This document shows, one piece after another, positions 40,765 to 53,182 of a DNA stretch of 64,000 bases. Where the stretch lies: the NCBI GenBank assembly GCA_905331295.1, contig CAJNYD010000012.1, positions 620,001 to 684,000 on the forward strand. Reading direction: 5' to 3'. The notes below the pieces were generated by a model. That model saw only the letters and a program-made list of their open reading frames with translations. It ran no database searches and was not told the DNA's origin. This DNA comes from Rotaria socialis (lineage: Eukaryota). Numbering within the stretch: position 1 is the first letter of the stretch; each line of letters begins with the position of its first letter. The translations under genes and the position numbers were made by a program.

Positions 40765-42087
40765 CTATTCGTCCCAATCTTTTTTTGACTTTTTCTTTGT
40801 TTTTATTTTTTCCGGTCTAACATATGTTTCACCTAATTCAAATGTCAATTCATTTCGATTGATTTTTTGATCAAGTTGCTCGTGTATGGGTCGAGGCCTA
40901 CTTATAATATCACCATAGATTTGTGCAAGTTGACCGAATTCTTCAGTAGCTAAGGTTAAACACATTGTATCTGATTTTAGATGAGCACGATGAAGTAATT
41001 CTCGTGTATCATCATCACGAGTCTCTTCTTGAAAAAGAGCTCTTAATAGATAAATAAAAATAATTAGTTAATTTAAATTAAATTAAAGAATCAAAGCAAA
41101 ACTTACGCGATAGTGGTTCCCATTTTTTTATTTCGTGTATGAAATGCAACTCGAGTTACTTTATCTAAAAGATCATAACTAACCTCTACTAGAGGTCGTT
41201 TTAATGGAATCAATTGAATAACAGCAACATTCACATTAGCTGCTGGAACAAAAGCTCGACCAGAAAATACATGTTTAACACGACAATCAAACCAATTTTG
41301 AAAGATAATTGATAGACGACCACGTTGATCCATCAATGGATCTGATACTATTCGACCAGCAACGGCTTCTTGCATGCAAATTGTTATGGGTATTCGATAG
41401 CCGAATGAGAATGGGCCTGATCGAGTTGATACTTGTTTTAACCAACGAATCAAAAGTGGAATAGCTATGTTAAATGGTAGATTTCCAAGTAAATGAATTG
41501 GTGAACATGATGAAGATTCATCTGATTCCCATGAGCCATGTTGAGTAGTAATATCATCAGGTAAAACAGATTCAATATTAAAATCAAGTATATCACCAAG
41601 ATAAAGTCGAAGCCGAGAATCAACAGCATTAGATAGTGTCTAAAGCAACATACAGTTGTCATTTTACATATCGGATACGTCTCAGTTATTAGTTTTTACC
41701 TGTAATGCAGGAAATAAACGGATATCTTTTTCAATAGCTGCTACTCGTGCTGCTCCATGTTCAAATAACTGTCTTGTTATACCACCAGGACCAGGTCCTA
41801 CTTCAACCACCAATTCTAAAATAGCAATAGATGCAATTTAACATTGATTATTAATAACATAGAGATAAATACTAATATCTTTAAATATATATATATATAT
41901 ATATATATTACCTCTCAATCTACATACTATTTTCAATATTGCCTGCACATGCAACAAATTTACTTGTTGCACGAGGATCAAGTAAAAAATTTTGTGCAAA
42001 TCGACGTAAAGCCGGTAATTTATATGTGCGAAGTAAATCAGCTGCACTTGGTGTTGGTGGTAATACCACCTTTGGTATATAACTCAT
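40765..42087 (-). CDS. TFB1M: Mitochondrial 12S rRNA dimethyladenosine transferase (KsgA/Dim1 family)
   Basis: LPPTPS..DL.R.Y.L.A....[47 protein letters not shown] and AFVP..NV.VA. Confidence 0.93.
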
Positions 42088-42234
42088 TGTGATTGTTAAT
42101 ATCTAAAATTCATACGTTCATTCATGTTTCATGCATTCAATAATTTCTTATTAGGTCCTTGATATTTTTAAGAAATAAATATAAGTGATTTTCAATAAAG
42201 TAACACAAGACAAGCAAAGCAAAAATTAGTCAAT

Positions 42235-45200
42235 CTATGAAATAATTTGATTAAGTGATGATGATGATGATGAAGTTGATGAAAGTTTGATCATACGTTG
42301 ATAACGAGCAGCCCGAAATGATGCTATAGCACCTACAATGCTTAACAGAATCATGCAAGTGAACATAGCTGACCAGCCATATTGAGCAACAATCCAACCA
42401 ATCACTGGACCTTCAAGAAAAGTACCGATGGAGCCAAGTCCTGCAATAATGAAATGAAAATAAACTTTCAAGTCCTTTTTTTTTATTAATTTCTAATTAC
42501 ATATTAATTCAGTAATCGTATAGATATCTCTTTATCGTTCGCCCTTTTAAATTCTAGTATCTATAAGAAAAATCAATGTAATGAGATACATGTTCGTCAT
42601 CTAACATATCTTTAACATTTATCGATTATTTGAAAAGAAGAAAAATCTAAAAAAAAAGACGCTGATAAAAACCATATCACATAAGTTATATCGCCTTTAT
42701 TCATGTCGAATAAATTTTACTGTATTAAATACCATTGCCAATGATCCAGACTCAAGTACCATCATTTTCTAATGCTTGTATTATTACTCTAGATCTATAC
42801 GTCTATTCGATTTAATTCAATATTTTTCATTATTAAATCGATTACAAAATATTTATTAATATCAATCAAGTATTATACATCAATAGTATAACTTTCACGT
42901 TCATTAAGTATATCAGCAAGGTCGATACTAATTATATTCAATCATCATAAAAAAATGATTGAAATAATCCTGACATGTATTTATCATCTATCGATCATAG
43001 AATGAATATTCAGGACTAAAATTCTATATCGTTCTACTGATTTCATTAATCAATCACCAATTAAATATTATAAAATACCGTAGTACAAGAATATACTGAT
43101 CTATAAACTCGATTGAATAATTATTATATTATAAATTTGAATAAAAATAACTAAAGTATTAATTATTTCTTTACAATACACTATAGTGTGTGTTGAATTT
43201 TGCTTCGTGATTGAATTATGAAGAGTATTATGGAAGAAAAAAAATCATAGAGATTTGACACGTTGTTTTTTGCTTCTCAGAGTATCAATAATGAAGTATG
43301 TCTTATATATTTTCTTTTTCTCCTTTCAGTTTTACCCGCTTTCTTTTCACTTTGATTCAAATCTTTCCAAAAAACAGTAACAGTTATGTGTATTGAATTC
43401 AACCGTTTCTTTCTGTTTAAATACTGTTAATAAAGAAGTATTTGTGATGATGTTTCACATAAAAAATTCACGAATTTGTATACATATATATATATATATA
43501 TTGGTTATCTTGACTTTTCTCATGTTGTCTTCATTTTCTTGCAACTTTTTTTTGTCAAACTTTGCATACCATTGTAAACATCGTCCATAATTAAGTGATC
43601 TCTCTCTCTCTCTCTCTCGTTTTTCCGTGTGTTGTATGAAAGATGATGGTGTCGCAATAAAAAAAAAATGAGCGAGAGGCGAGTCAAATATTAGCCGACA
43701 GAGAAAGAGAAAACTGTTTTATGCTTTGTTAGCATTATCATCTTTTTTACGTCTTTTTCTCCGACTAGATGTATGGCTTCAGGGCATCTTTCTTTCCTTT
43801 TTATTGAACATATCTACCGTCTGTTCGTAGGATTATATATCGAGTCGAACGTTTATATATCCGTGTTCATTCATTTTTCATGATCACCACCATCTGCTCA
43901 CACCTGCGTCAAAAAGTAGTCTTTTTATCTTTCTCTCTTCGGTTTTTTGCTCGCTCGCTTGCTCATTTAATTGCCGATACGTTTTTTCAGAAACAACATT
44001 GCCTAGAAGGCAAATCCCGGAATATCGACTGTGTGTGTGTTGTAAGCGATTGACAACATAAAGAGAGAAATTCTTTCTTTGCATGCACTGCACTTCTTCT
44101 TTTGTTTAAACTAGTGTTGGTAGCTGGATGATGTATAATGTAAAAAAGCCGAGAGTGCTGCTCCTTGCTGGTCGGATAAAAGTGATGAAAAAGTGTCGAT
44201 AGAGAAAGAAACGAACAAAAAAAAATCTTTCAATATCCATATTCTTATTGCTCCTACATCGTTCTCTTGTTGATAGTATTGGCAGTTGCAGAATAGAGTA
44301 ACGGAGTTGCAATTGTTTGCTATAGCGACTGACTGCAGATGCAGACAGAAGGAGGAAAGAGTTTCGTTTCACTATTGCACTCTCGATACTTTTTTACAAG
44401 CCAATGTGTGCGATGCATATGCAAGCAGTCAATGTACCACTATTATTGGGAGAGGTACTGTGCACATATACAATTAATTAGAGCACGAAAAGGAAGGTGA
44501 GTCGAGCGATCAACGACGATTTCGGACATAGGTAGAAAGAAGAATACTGCTCTATATATCTTTTTCTTTCTCTCTTCCTGTTCTTCTGTGGCACTAAGCT
44601 AATGAACGTTGTCGCTCGATATTTGCGTCTATGACAATGTCGTATATCTCAAAGCAAGGAAGCAAAAAAAATGAGAAACAGAGAAGGAGAGAGAATGATC
44701 TATTTGACAGAAAAAGCAGACAGGCAGCAGCAATTTATCGTTGACATACAGTTGACCTATAATCATCGTAAAAAGCGCGCGCGAGAGAGAGAGAGAAACA
44801 GAGTAACGTCCATCATTATCAGCAACTGGGGATCTCCTCTGCTATTTTTTTTATGTTTTTCTTTTTCTATACCAAAAAGAAGAAAGAACAAAAAAAGAAA
44901 TTACTCGTCGTCCCGTTATCATTCAACAGATCGAATTTCACACACTGCATCAGAAGGTAGTGTATCCTCTTCGTTACATTTCATGTTTACATTCGTTTCG
45001 TAACACACATACGCAAATGTGTGCGAGAAAGCTATTGCTACTCGATCAAAGAAGAGAGGGATATCTTTATATTTGACATTTGGTCAAAATCGAAGGTTGC
45101 TGTTACTCTCTACTTTCCATTGATTTACTTTGTTATCATTATCAATCGAATGCCTACGAACGAGAGAAAGGTATTCATTCACATATGCACAAACACTCGC

Positions 45201-45246
45201 CTATCTACTACCTTCTTGCTTGATCTCTTTCTCTCTCTCCCTCTCT

Positions 45247-45278
<32 letters not shown>

Positions 45279-48200
45279 CCTTGCCTTTTTTAATCCCGAT
45301 ACTACTGCTGCCATTCTCGAATCGGGTATATATCCTTTCTTCTTCTTTTTTTTGTATGCTTGTGAACACACACATTCTTCATCTCAATTTTTTGTTCGTT
45401 CTCATGATATACGACGGGAGACGATGGAAAAAATGTGTGTGTGTGCTCACTACTCCAAGATATGAGAAGAAGACAGACATAAGGAAAGAAATGGGTAGTC
45501 TCTCTCTCTCTGTTTTTTATGTTTTTCCTGAACTCTCTATATCGGGCACACAAAAAAAAGATAGACGATGACGACCGACGAGGAAATATGAGGCACCATC
45601 GACTGAGAATAGAAGTGAACGACAACGATGGAAGATGGATATATAGATATGTGCGAGACGAGAAGTGTTCATCTCTTTCTTTTGCTTCTTCTTTTGTCAA
45701 CTGGGCGACATATATAAAAAAACAAACGACATAAACGAGGAATAAGACAGAGAGAGAGAGAGAGAGAAGACGCAAAAAGAAGAGAGCGATATATCCTCAT
45801 TTAAGTATGCTACTGGTGAACTCTAGTTGACATCCACATTCGTATATAGCTAGACATAAAAAGCGGGAACTAGGTAAGTAGCACAATATGAGGATAATCA
45901 TCATCATTATTGTTATCGTCAAATTGGTAGTATCTGCTAAGAAAAAAAAGACGCAATCAATATTTATGAGGTCGATAATTAGTAAATCGTCTGTTCGACA
46001 TGATAGTAGTCTTGCATTTCATGTTCATTATCATCATTCAACAAACGCTTCACGTTAAGATATACTATGTATTCATGTGTGTGCCATCGAAACAGATGAA
46101 GGAGAGGAAGAATTTTAAAAAATACCGCGCAAGAGTTAGATATCTAACAGCTTTCGTTTAATATGCAGCACCAGCCGCGTATGCTCGACAAAGTAAGCAG
46201 ATGGTACGAAAAGAATATAAAAAAATTTGGTGTTTGTATGTTTCAATGGTGTATGTAGAGAGAGAGAAAAAAGAGCGGTATGTGAGAGACTAGTAAATGA
46301 GAAGAACAAAAATATTAACTATTAAACAACTGTGTAAATGAATATTCGAACAATAGAAATCAATTTAAAAGGTCAGCAATAACATCTTAGATATGAAGAA
46401 AAAAGAGAAATGAAATATTTCATTGTATATTAAAGATGTTCGCTTTTTTTCTTCTGTCTTATCTATGTCTTTTTTGTATATTGACGTAGGATAGGGACAA
46501 AAGATGAGCTTTATTCGCATGTCTATATCACGCAATTTACCGTCTTAGGTCTCCTCTTGCCTTTCGTTTTTTCTCTATCGTGTATTCGTGCGCACATCCG
46601 TCGCTCGTTTAGTAAATACCAGGATGCATATAACGATACTCATATTTGTATGCTCAGGATATCGTGTGCTTTACTTACGTCTCTTCTCGACCTCCGTTTA
46701 TTGTTCATTGTTTGTTCATCGTATTTACTACTATTTCTTTTTCTAGATCTCTTCTCTTTTTTATTCGTACTAATAGACAATACTCGTTTAAGTGTGTGTA
46801 TGTGTGTGTGTACATATATATAAAATATGGCTACAGCCGCAACATCTCTTGCCGATTTTCATCAAATGATAAAATTATTTGGTGCTGATGCAGACGAAAT
46901 GACTGGTACAACAACTACTACAAGTACAACAACAACAGCAACAGCAGCAACATTTGTATCAACAGATGAACTTGATGATGATGATGATGATGAAGATGAA
47001 AATGAAAATGAATTACAACTTGATGAAGAATCACCAAATTCAAGTGGTGGAGAGGAAACAATATCACGTTCATCAATAGCAACATCATCAGTTCAAATGA
47101 ATAAAGATGATCAATCATCAACAAAACCTATATCATCAGCAGCTGCCGCTGCGCGTTTATCACGTTTAGCAAATCAACGTATCGATTCGAATCGTTTTCT
47201 AATATGTTCAGGGACAAATTCTTATAATACAATACGTAAAACAAAACATGAAGTAAGACGTTTTGCATTATACTTGGAAGATACATTCGGTGAAAATTGT
47301 CCCATTGACGAATTAGAACCAGAACAATTGTGTACTTATTTAAAGCATTATTTTGGTAATGTTCGTAAAGCTGATAATACTGAATATGAACCTGATACAT
47401 TAAGAAGTTTTATGTTATCAATTGAACGTTATTTGAAATCTCGAAAATATCCATGTAATATACTTGAATCACCTGTCTTTGCGCCATGTAGAGAAGTTAT
47501 ACAAGAAAAACGTGATACATGGGCAAAACCAAATAAAAGTGTTTGCAATTCAAAAGTTGAAGCATTTACATCCCAACATGAAGCATTATTAAGAAAAATG
47601 AACATAATAACACGTGATACACCAGATGGCTTATTACTGGAATTATTAATAAATAATTCGAAATATTTTGATCAACGTGGTTATGAATCGACAATAAATC
47701 GTTCATTACTATGGGGTGATCTTGAAATTAAAACAGATTCAACAACATCCATTGAATATATTGAATATAAGCGAACACCACAAATATCATCAAATAAAGA
47801 TTCAACAGCCAATGAGATAACAACGAATTTACGTGCTTATGCAATATCGTCACATTCTAATGAATGTCCAGTTGTTGCCTTGCGTCTTTTGTCATATCAT
47901 CGTCCACCACAATGTTCAAATGCTGATGCACCATTTTATATTGTACCACGTACATCAGCTGATCAACGAGTATGGTACAAAACCATACGTGCTGGTCGTC
48001 ATCGACTAGATTTACTTCTTCAACAAGCTATGCAAAAAGCTGGTATCAGTGGAAAATTTTCTTGCATGAGTTTAAGAAAAGGAAAAATAAAAGGTTTACT
48101 TATTCCAACAACGTCTTCAAATGTTACTTCCAACACACATTTGGATAATTCATCAACGTCAACATCACCATCAACGTCACCAACAATGGATGATAAATCA

Positions 48201-51200
48201 AAAATCAATGTAGTTTCACCATTATCAATAACAGAACAACAATTATCGTCAACAAAAAATGTTCATAAAAGAAGCACAAGTTCAACGTCAAATTCTAATT
48301 GTTCAGAATTACTTGATTTATCAGCTCATAGTAATCATAATAATAATAATAATAATAATAATAATGGTGTAATTAATTTAGCAAAAAAAATTAAACGAGA
48401 ACCAACTCCACCATCACTTTTATTACCGATGACATCGTCTGTATTGGTAAGAGAATTGATTCTTTTTAACCAAAAAAAAAGAAAACTCAGAATAACTTTA
48501 CTTTCTTTTATATATTCTATTTATTTAGAATAATGGTACGATTTCTAATCATCAACATTTAACATCAATGCTTCCACTTCAACAACAATCACAAAATCAT
48601 CCACAACGTTCACTCGTTACTGTTGATGATTTACCGACATTAGTTGCTCAAACACCTACATCAGTATCGATATCATCCAACAATACCAATAATAATAATA
48701 ATAATAATAATAACAACAACAACAACAATAATAATAATAATAATAATAATAATAAACGTAAATTAACATCACATGATACATTTACAGCACTTTATTCAGC
48801 GGCACATTCAAAATCATCACGACAATCAAAAATGAATGTTTTACGTAAATATCTCGAAGAAACACTGGGTCTTGTAGAATTTCTTACTTTATATGAATAT
48901 TTACGGCGTAATTCACATATTAAATTACAAGGTACACCTATTGAGCATTACGAGCATGTTTTGCCTGTTTTACTCACGTTACTTATGCTCGAAAATACAG
49001 CATAAAAGATTCTCCTTCCTAATCGAGTTCTTATCTGTTTTCCGTCTTTATATATTTCAATTCTAACCAACAAATCCATTCCATTCAGTCAATTATTCTC
49101 AAGTGAAATGATCATGCATGTATGTGTTCTTCTAGTCGTTCTGTAATTCATTTTTGTCTCGTTTTTATCTTTTTGATTTTTATTAAAAATCTGATCTCAA
49201 TGTTTTATTTCATTCCGATGTTGTCTTGTGTTCCAATTTGTTGTATCATTCCAATGTTTTTTTTTTGTTTTAAAATATGTTTGTGTATCTTTCTTTTTGA
49301 ATTTTCCGTCGTTTTTTTCCAGTCTGGTGAGAGTGAGGGGGAGAGAGAGAGAGAGAGAGATAATGAATGATGTGATTTGTATAGAAGAAAATACTTTTCT
49401 TGGAATGTATGAAGAATGAAATTTAATAATATACATACCGTTGACAAAACCAATAACTGCACTACCAGCATTACGACCATCCATTTCACCAATTTCAATA
49501 GGCACTGAACTACCTGAGAAAAAAAAATAAACAAACAAACATGTAACTATTTCATATGGCAATAGTTTCAATAAAACATTTTTGAGCTTTTAGATCAGGC
49601 TTTTTTAATATCTTTTTTTTGTGCTAATGGAATAGTTCTTCTTCAATTGCATCATAGAGTAATAACTAAATAAATCAGTTAGGCACAAAAAGTCTTGACA
49701 TTTCATTTTTTTTCCGATTACGATAAAGAGTTGATCTTTTAACTGTAAGTCATTGATGAGTAGAAAGTTGTATGAAAAATTATGAAAAAAAGAACGATTA
49801 CTCAACAAAGAACACATCTTGCTTATAATATGATTAAAGTTTTCTAATTTTCAACAGTAAAAAAAAATAGTCATCCATAAAAACAACATTGATCTAGTTG
49901 AAAACGTTTTTGGTTCATTAAAAAATGATTTAACTTACAAAGAATAATATCAGCTCCACAATTTAATAGTCCAGTAAGCAACATTAAAATTGAATTCATA
50001 GCAATGCCTGATTTAGCAAATGCTAAGAACAAGAGAAGAGTACCAGCACTAAGTAATGTTTCAACGGCTGCACCAAGACATCCTTCATTATTAAAGAATC
50101 TTCAATGAGCAGATTTTATAAATGTAAATATAAAATAATAAAATGAAATTACCGTTTAAGAATAAATCCAATCGTGGCACTTCCTACAACTCCACCAATA
50201 TCGAACATGGTTGAAAAGAGACCAGCATCAGTGGTTGAATAATTTAGCTAAATGAAAAAGCATCAATACAACGGCTTTTGTTTTTCTTTGTAATAAAAAA
50301 GAAAATAAACAAGCACAATTTACCTCTTGTTTCAAATATAATGGAAGCCATAAATAAATAGCGTATCGAACAACTTTTAAACAAAATACTGTTGTAGCGA
50401 TCTCCTTAACCATTCTATTAAAACAAATGATTAATTTTATTTTTCAAACAGAAACGTTTGTACGAGAACTTACGGTAAACGATATACTTCCATAATTGTT
50501 ATTCTTGGACGTATATCAGAAGCTTTTGATGATTCTGTTTAAATGTATTTAGTTTTTTTTTTAAGTACATTATTAACAAAAACTTATTCAATACCTTTTC
50601 CTGCGACAGCTATTTTTACTTCAGATGGTTCTCGAAAAAGAAAAAGAACCAAAAATCCAGCAATGATCTATGTAAAAATTTGCTTTTTAATAATTATAAA
50701 AATATAGCAAGATTCAAATACGCAATAAACTGATGGTTGAAAATGAACAAATCGCCAACCATCTTTTCCTTGAATATAAACCTGTCAAAAGGCGAAATCA
50801 GAAAAATTCAACAGACTTGGGTTCAATAAAAAAAGAAGTTCCTCACAGCAAGTGCAGTACCAAGAATACCACCAGCAAAAGGACATGTTCCAAAGAGACC
50901 AAATATAAAATTACGCTGAGCATCAGTGACCCATGCTCCAAGACCTTTATTAGCAGCCGCCCAGCATAATGACTAAAATAATTTTAATGAAGAAAAAGCA
51001 CTAGGCTTTTTTTAATTATATTTATTTCTTTTCTTTCTTACTTGAAATGCACCATTTAGAAAAAGTAAGAAAAGAAAAAGTCGATAATCACTCCACCATC
51101 CAAAAGTAACCTAAATTATAATTTGCAAATGGACTATCCTATTCTATATCAAAATAATACCATAGCGATACCAGAACCAATGAGACCATAACCAAATGTA

Positions 51201-51536
51201 CGTCGTGCACCATATAGATCACCGAATGAACCAAAGAATGTCTAATAATCAACAATGTATTTTATTTATATAAAGATAATAATCATTTTATTTTTTACTT
51301 GAATAAGAGCATAAGGTAATAAAAGTGCTGTATCGAACAGTCCCAATTGAAATTTTGAAAAACTAAGATCATGCTCTAGATCTGTTTTTATCTAAGATAG
51401 GAAATCAAGGTAAAAACAAATCAAGAATAAATCGATTACTTACTACTCCTAATGGTTTTCGTAAGAAATATGTTAATGCATAGGATGTCCATGCAACAAA
51501 AAATGAAATTAAAAGACGATTTTGAACAGTCGGCAT
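42235..51536 (-). CDS. MFS sugar-phosphate / glycerol-3-phosphate transporter (SLC37/GlpT-like); last intron about 7 kb (42441-49438)
   Basis: YALTYFLRKPLGV, AWP...K...W, LKVVRYAIYLWLPLYL and FDIGGVVG. GFVN|GLGSIGTFLEGP is joined across the large intron in phase 1. Confidence 0.88.
43595..46820 (+). promoter_or_regulatory. Long GA/CT- and GT-microsatellite-rich upstream region, probably promoter and 5' UTR exons of the nested gene
   Basis: Several (CT)n/(GA)n tracts (about 43600, 44785, 45225-45280, 45750), strong donor-like GTAAGT (about 45873) and GTAAGC (about 46193), and no credible ORFs. Confidence 0.35.
46827..49005 (+). CDS. DUF3504 / Crypton tyrosine-recombinase-derived protein (ZMYM/QRICH1/KCTD1-type domain), nested antisense in the MFS intron; exons 46827-48446, 48529-49005
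   Basis: T..KT...V..F..YL, L..YF..VRK.D..EYEP.TL......I.RYL, CPV..L..Y...RP, FY....., WY....G...L and AGI.GKF...SLR, with low-complexity flanks. Confidence 0.85.
48687..48753 (+). repeat. (AAT/AAC)n coding microsatellite encoding poly-Asn
   Basis: Directly visible trinucleotide run. Confidence 0.9.
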
Positions 51537-52201
51537 GTTTTCTTTTTAATCCTTATCACACTGATGATAATAAAATTAAAACTATTCGGTCTAAAAATAA
51601 ACGTCAAGAAAAACATAATAGTACGAATTCTTTACTCGAGACATAGATATGTTATTTATGTGAGTTAAAAGCAAAACAATGAATTCTTCAATAAATATTT
51701 TAATTACAAGTTTTTTTATCCGTCCCAATTGTTTAGTCATTCAAATTAATCTTCTTGTCTTGCAGTTACGATTATTAATACGAGCGTACTATCAAACAAT
51801 GTCAAACAATCCCGTTAGAGAGAATCATAGTTGTTGATAAATGCAAATGCAATAATTTGGATTCGTTCATGTTATTCTTGTTCGATAAAATTTATTCGTT
51901 GATTGTCACTACTAAAAAGAGATAAAACTCACAATCCGAAAAAGTTATCCTTTTTCTGTTGAATCGATAAAAAAAATTAGTTGACGAAACCCCACAGTAT
52001 TTTCACGGCCATTTGCAATGCATCAATTCAAAATTTTCTATTCATAAGCAGATTGATTACAATTTATTCTTATGTTACTTGACACTTTTTTCATTCCTTT
52101 ATCAAATACTATTTCTCATTTTTTTGTCATATTTTTTGCTTAGGCAAGGCTGTTTTAAAGCTGACAATAATATCGAAGCTGATGCATGATACAGACAAAT
52201 A

Positions 52202-53182
52202 ACGGGTGCGCCAGGTTGAATAAATCGGTCAGTATTTTGATGATATCTTTTTCAATTTTCATTCTTTGGAGTTTAACTTATGCCCACAAGATATTCCTAT
52301 TCAATTCTCTACAAAATATACACCACTAGATTTTCTATTATGGCTTAAGTGAAATCTTTTTAAGTAGAAGCTTCGACACGTTCACAAGGACCAACTTTCA
52401 TGGCAATTTAAAAACAACAGAATTTATCATTTTCATTCAATTCTACCTACAAAGAAAGCGAAACAAAAATATTTTGGATTACTTTGAAGAATAGGTGGTT
52501 AAAGGTCGACAGGGAAAATATTGAAAGACAAAATGGCGAAAGACAAAAGGTCGAAAGCAGATTGTCGAAAATTCAAATCCTATTTAGTCACAAATTTCGC
52601 CCTCACCCTCAGTGTTGTGCTTTATGCATGCATATCGGATTACATCCCATTGATCAAATCTTAGAAAAAACTTTTCACCAAGGAGTTCCAGGAATTTCCA
52701 GAGGTTCATAATTTTCGACATTTTTTTTTGGCCTTTTAGCATTTTACCATTTTGGCTTAACTATGCCTTTTGTTTTCTAAGAATATCGCAACTGCAGCTT
52801 GGACGAGCTAAATGTTTGAAAATCTGTAAAAGAAAATATGTTGAGTATCTCGCAAGGGTCAACATGAAAATTTTTCAATTATGATTGATCGATAGAGCTT
52901 CTCAAGGTCTACAAGATACCTATTTTTAAAAAAATTTGCCTTCACTAGTCAATGAAAAACCCTGAAGAAGCAAGTCTTAAGCGTTGAAAGTTGATCCTTT
53001 TGAATGTATCGAAGCTTCTGCTTAAAAACGTTTTACTTGACTTTCAATAGAAAATCTAGTGGTGTAGGTTTCGTAGAGAATTGAATAGCTAAACTTTTGG
53101 AGAAAAGTTAAACCCCAAAGAAACAAAATTGAAGAAGGTATCATCAAAATACTGACCGATTTATTCAACCTGGCGCACCCGT
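52202..53182. mobile_element. Non-autonomous DNA transposon (MITE) with long TIRs and TA target-site duplication, Tc1/mariner-like
   Basis: Left end TA|ACGGGTGCGCCAGGTTGAATAAATCGGTCAGTATTTTGATGATA; the right end is the exact reverse complement followed by TA. An imperfect match continues to about 78 bp. No transposase ORF. Confidence 0.9.

Noticed and set aside
43884..46888. Numerous ORFs on both strands
   Set aside because: They are translations of microsatellite-rich non-coding DNA (SLSLSL, ERERE) with no domain signal.
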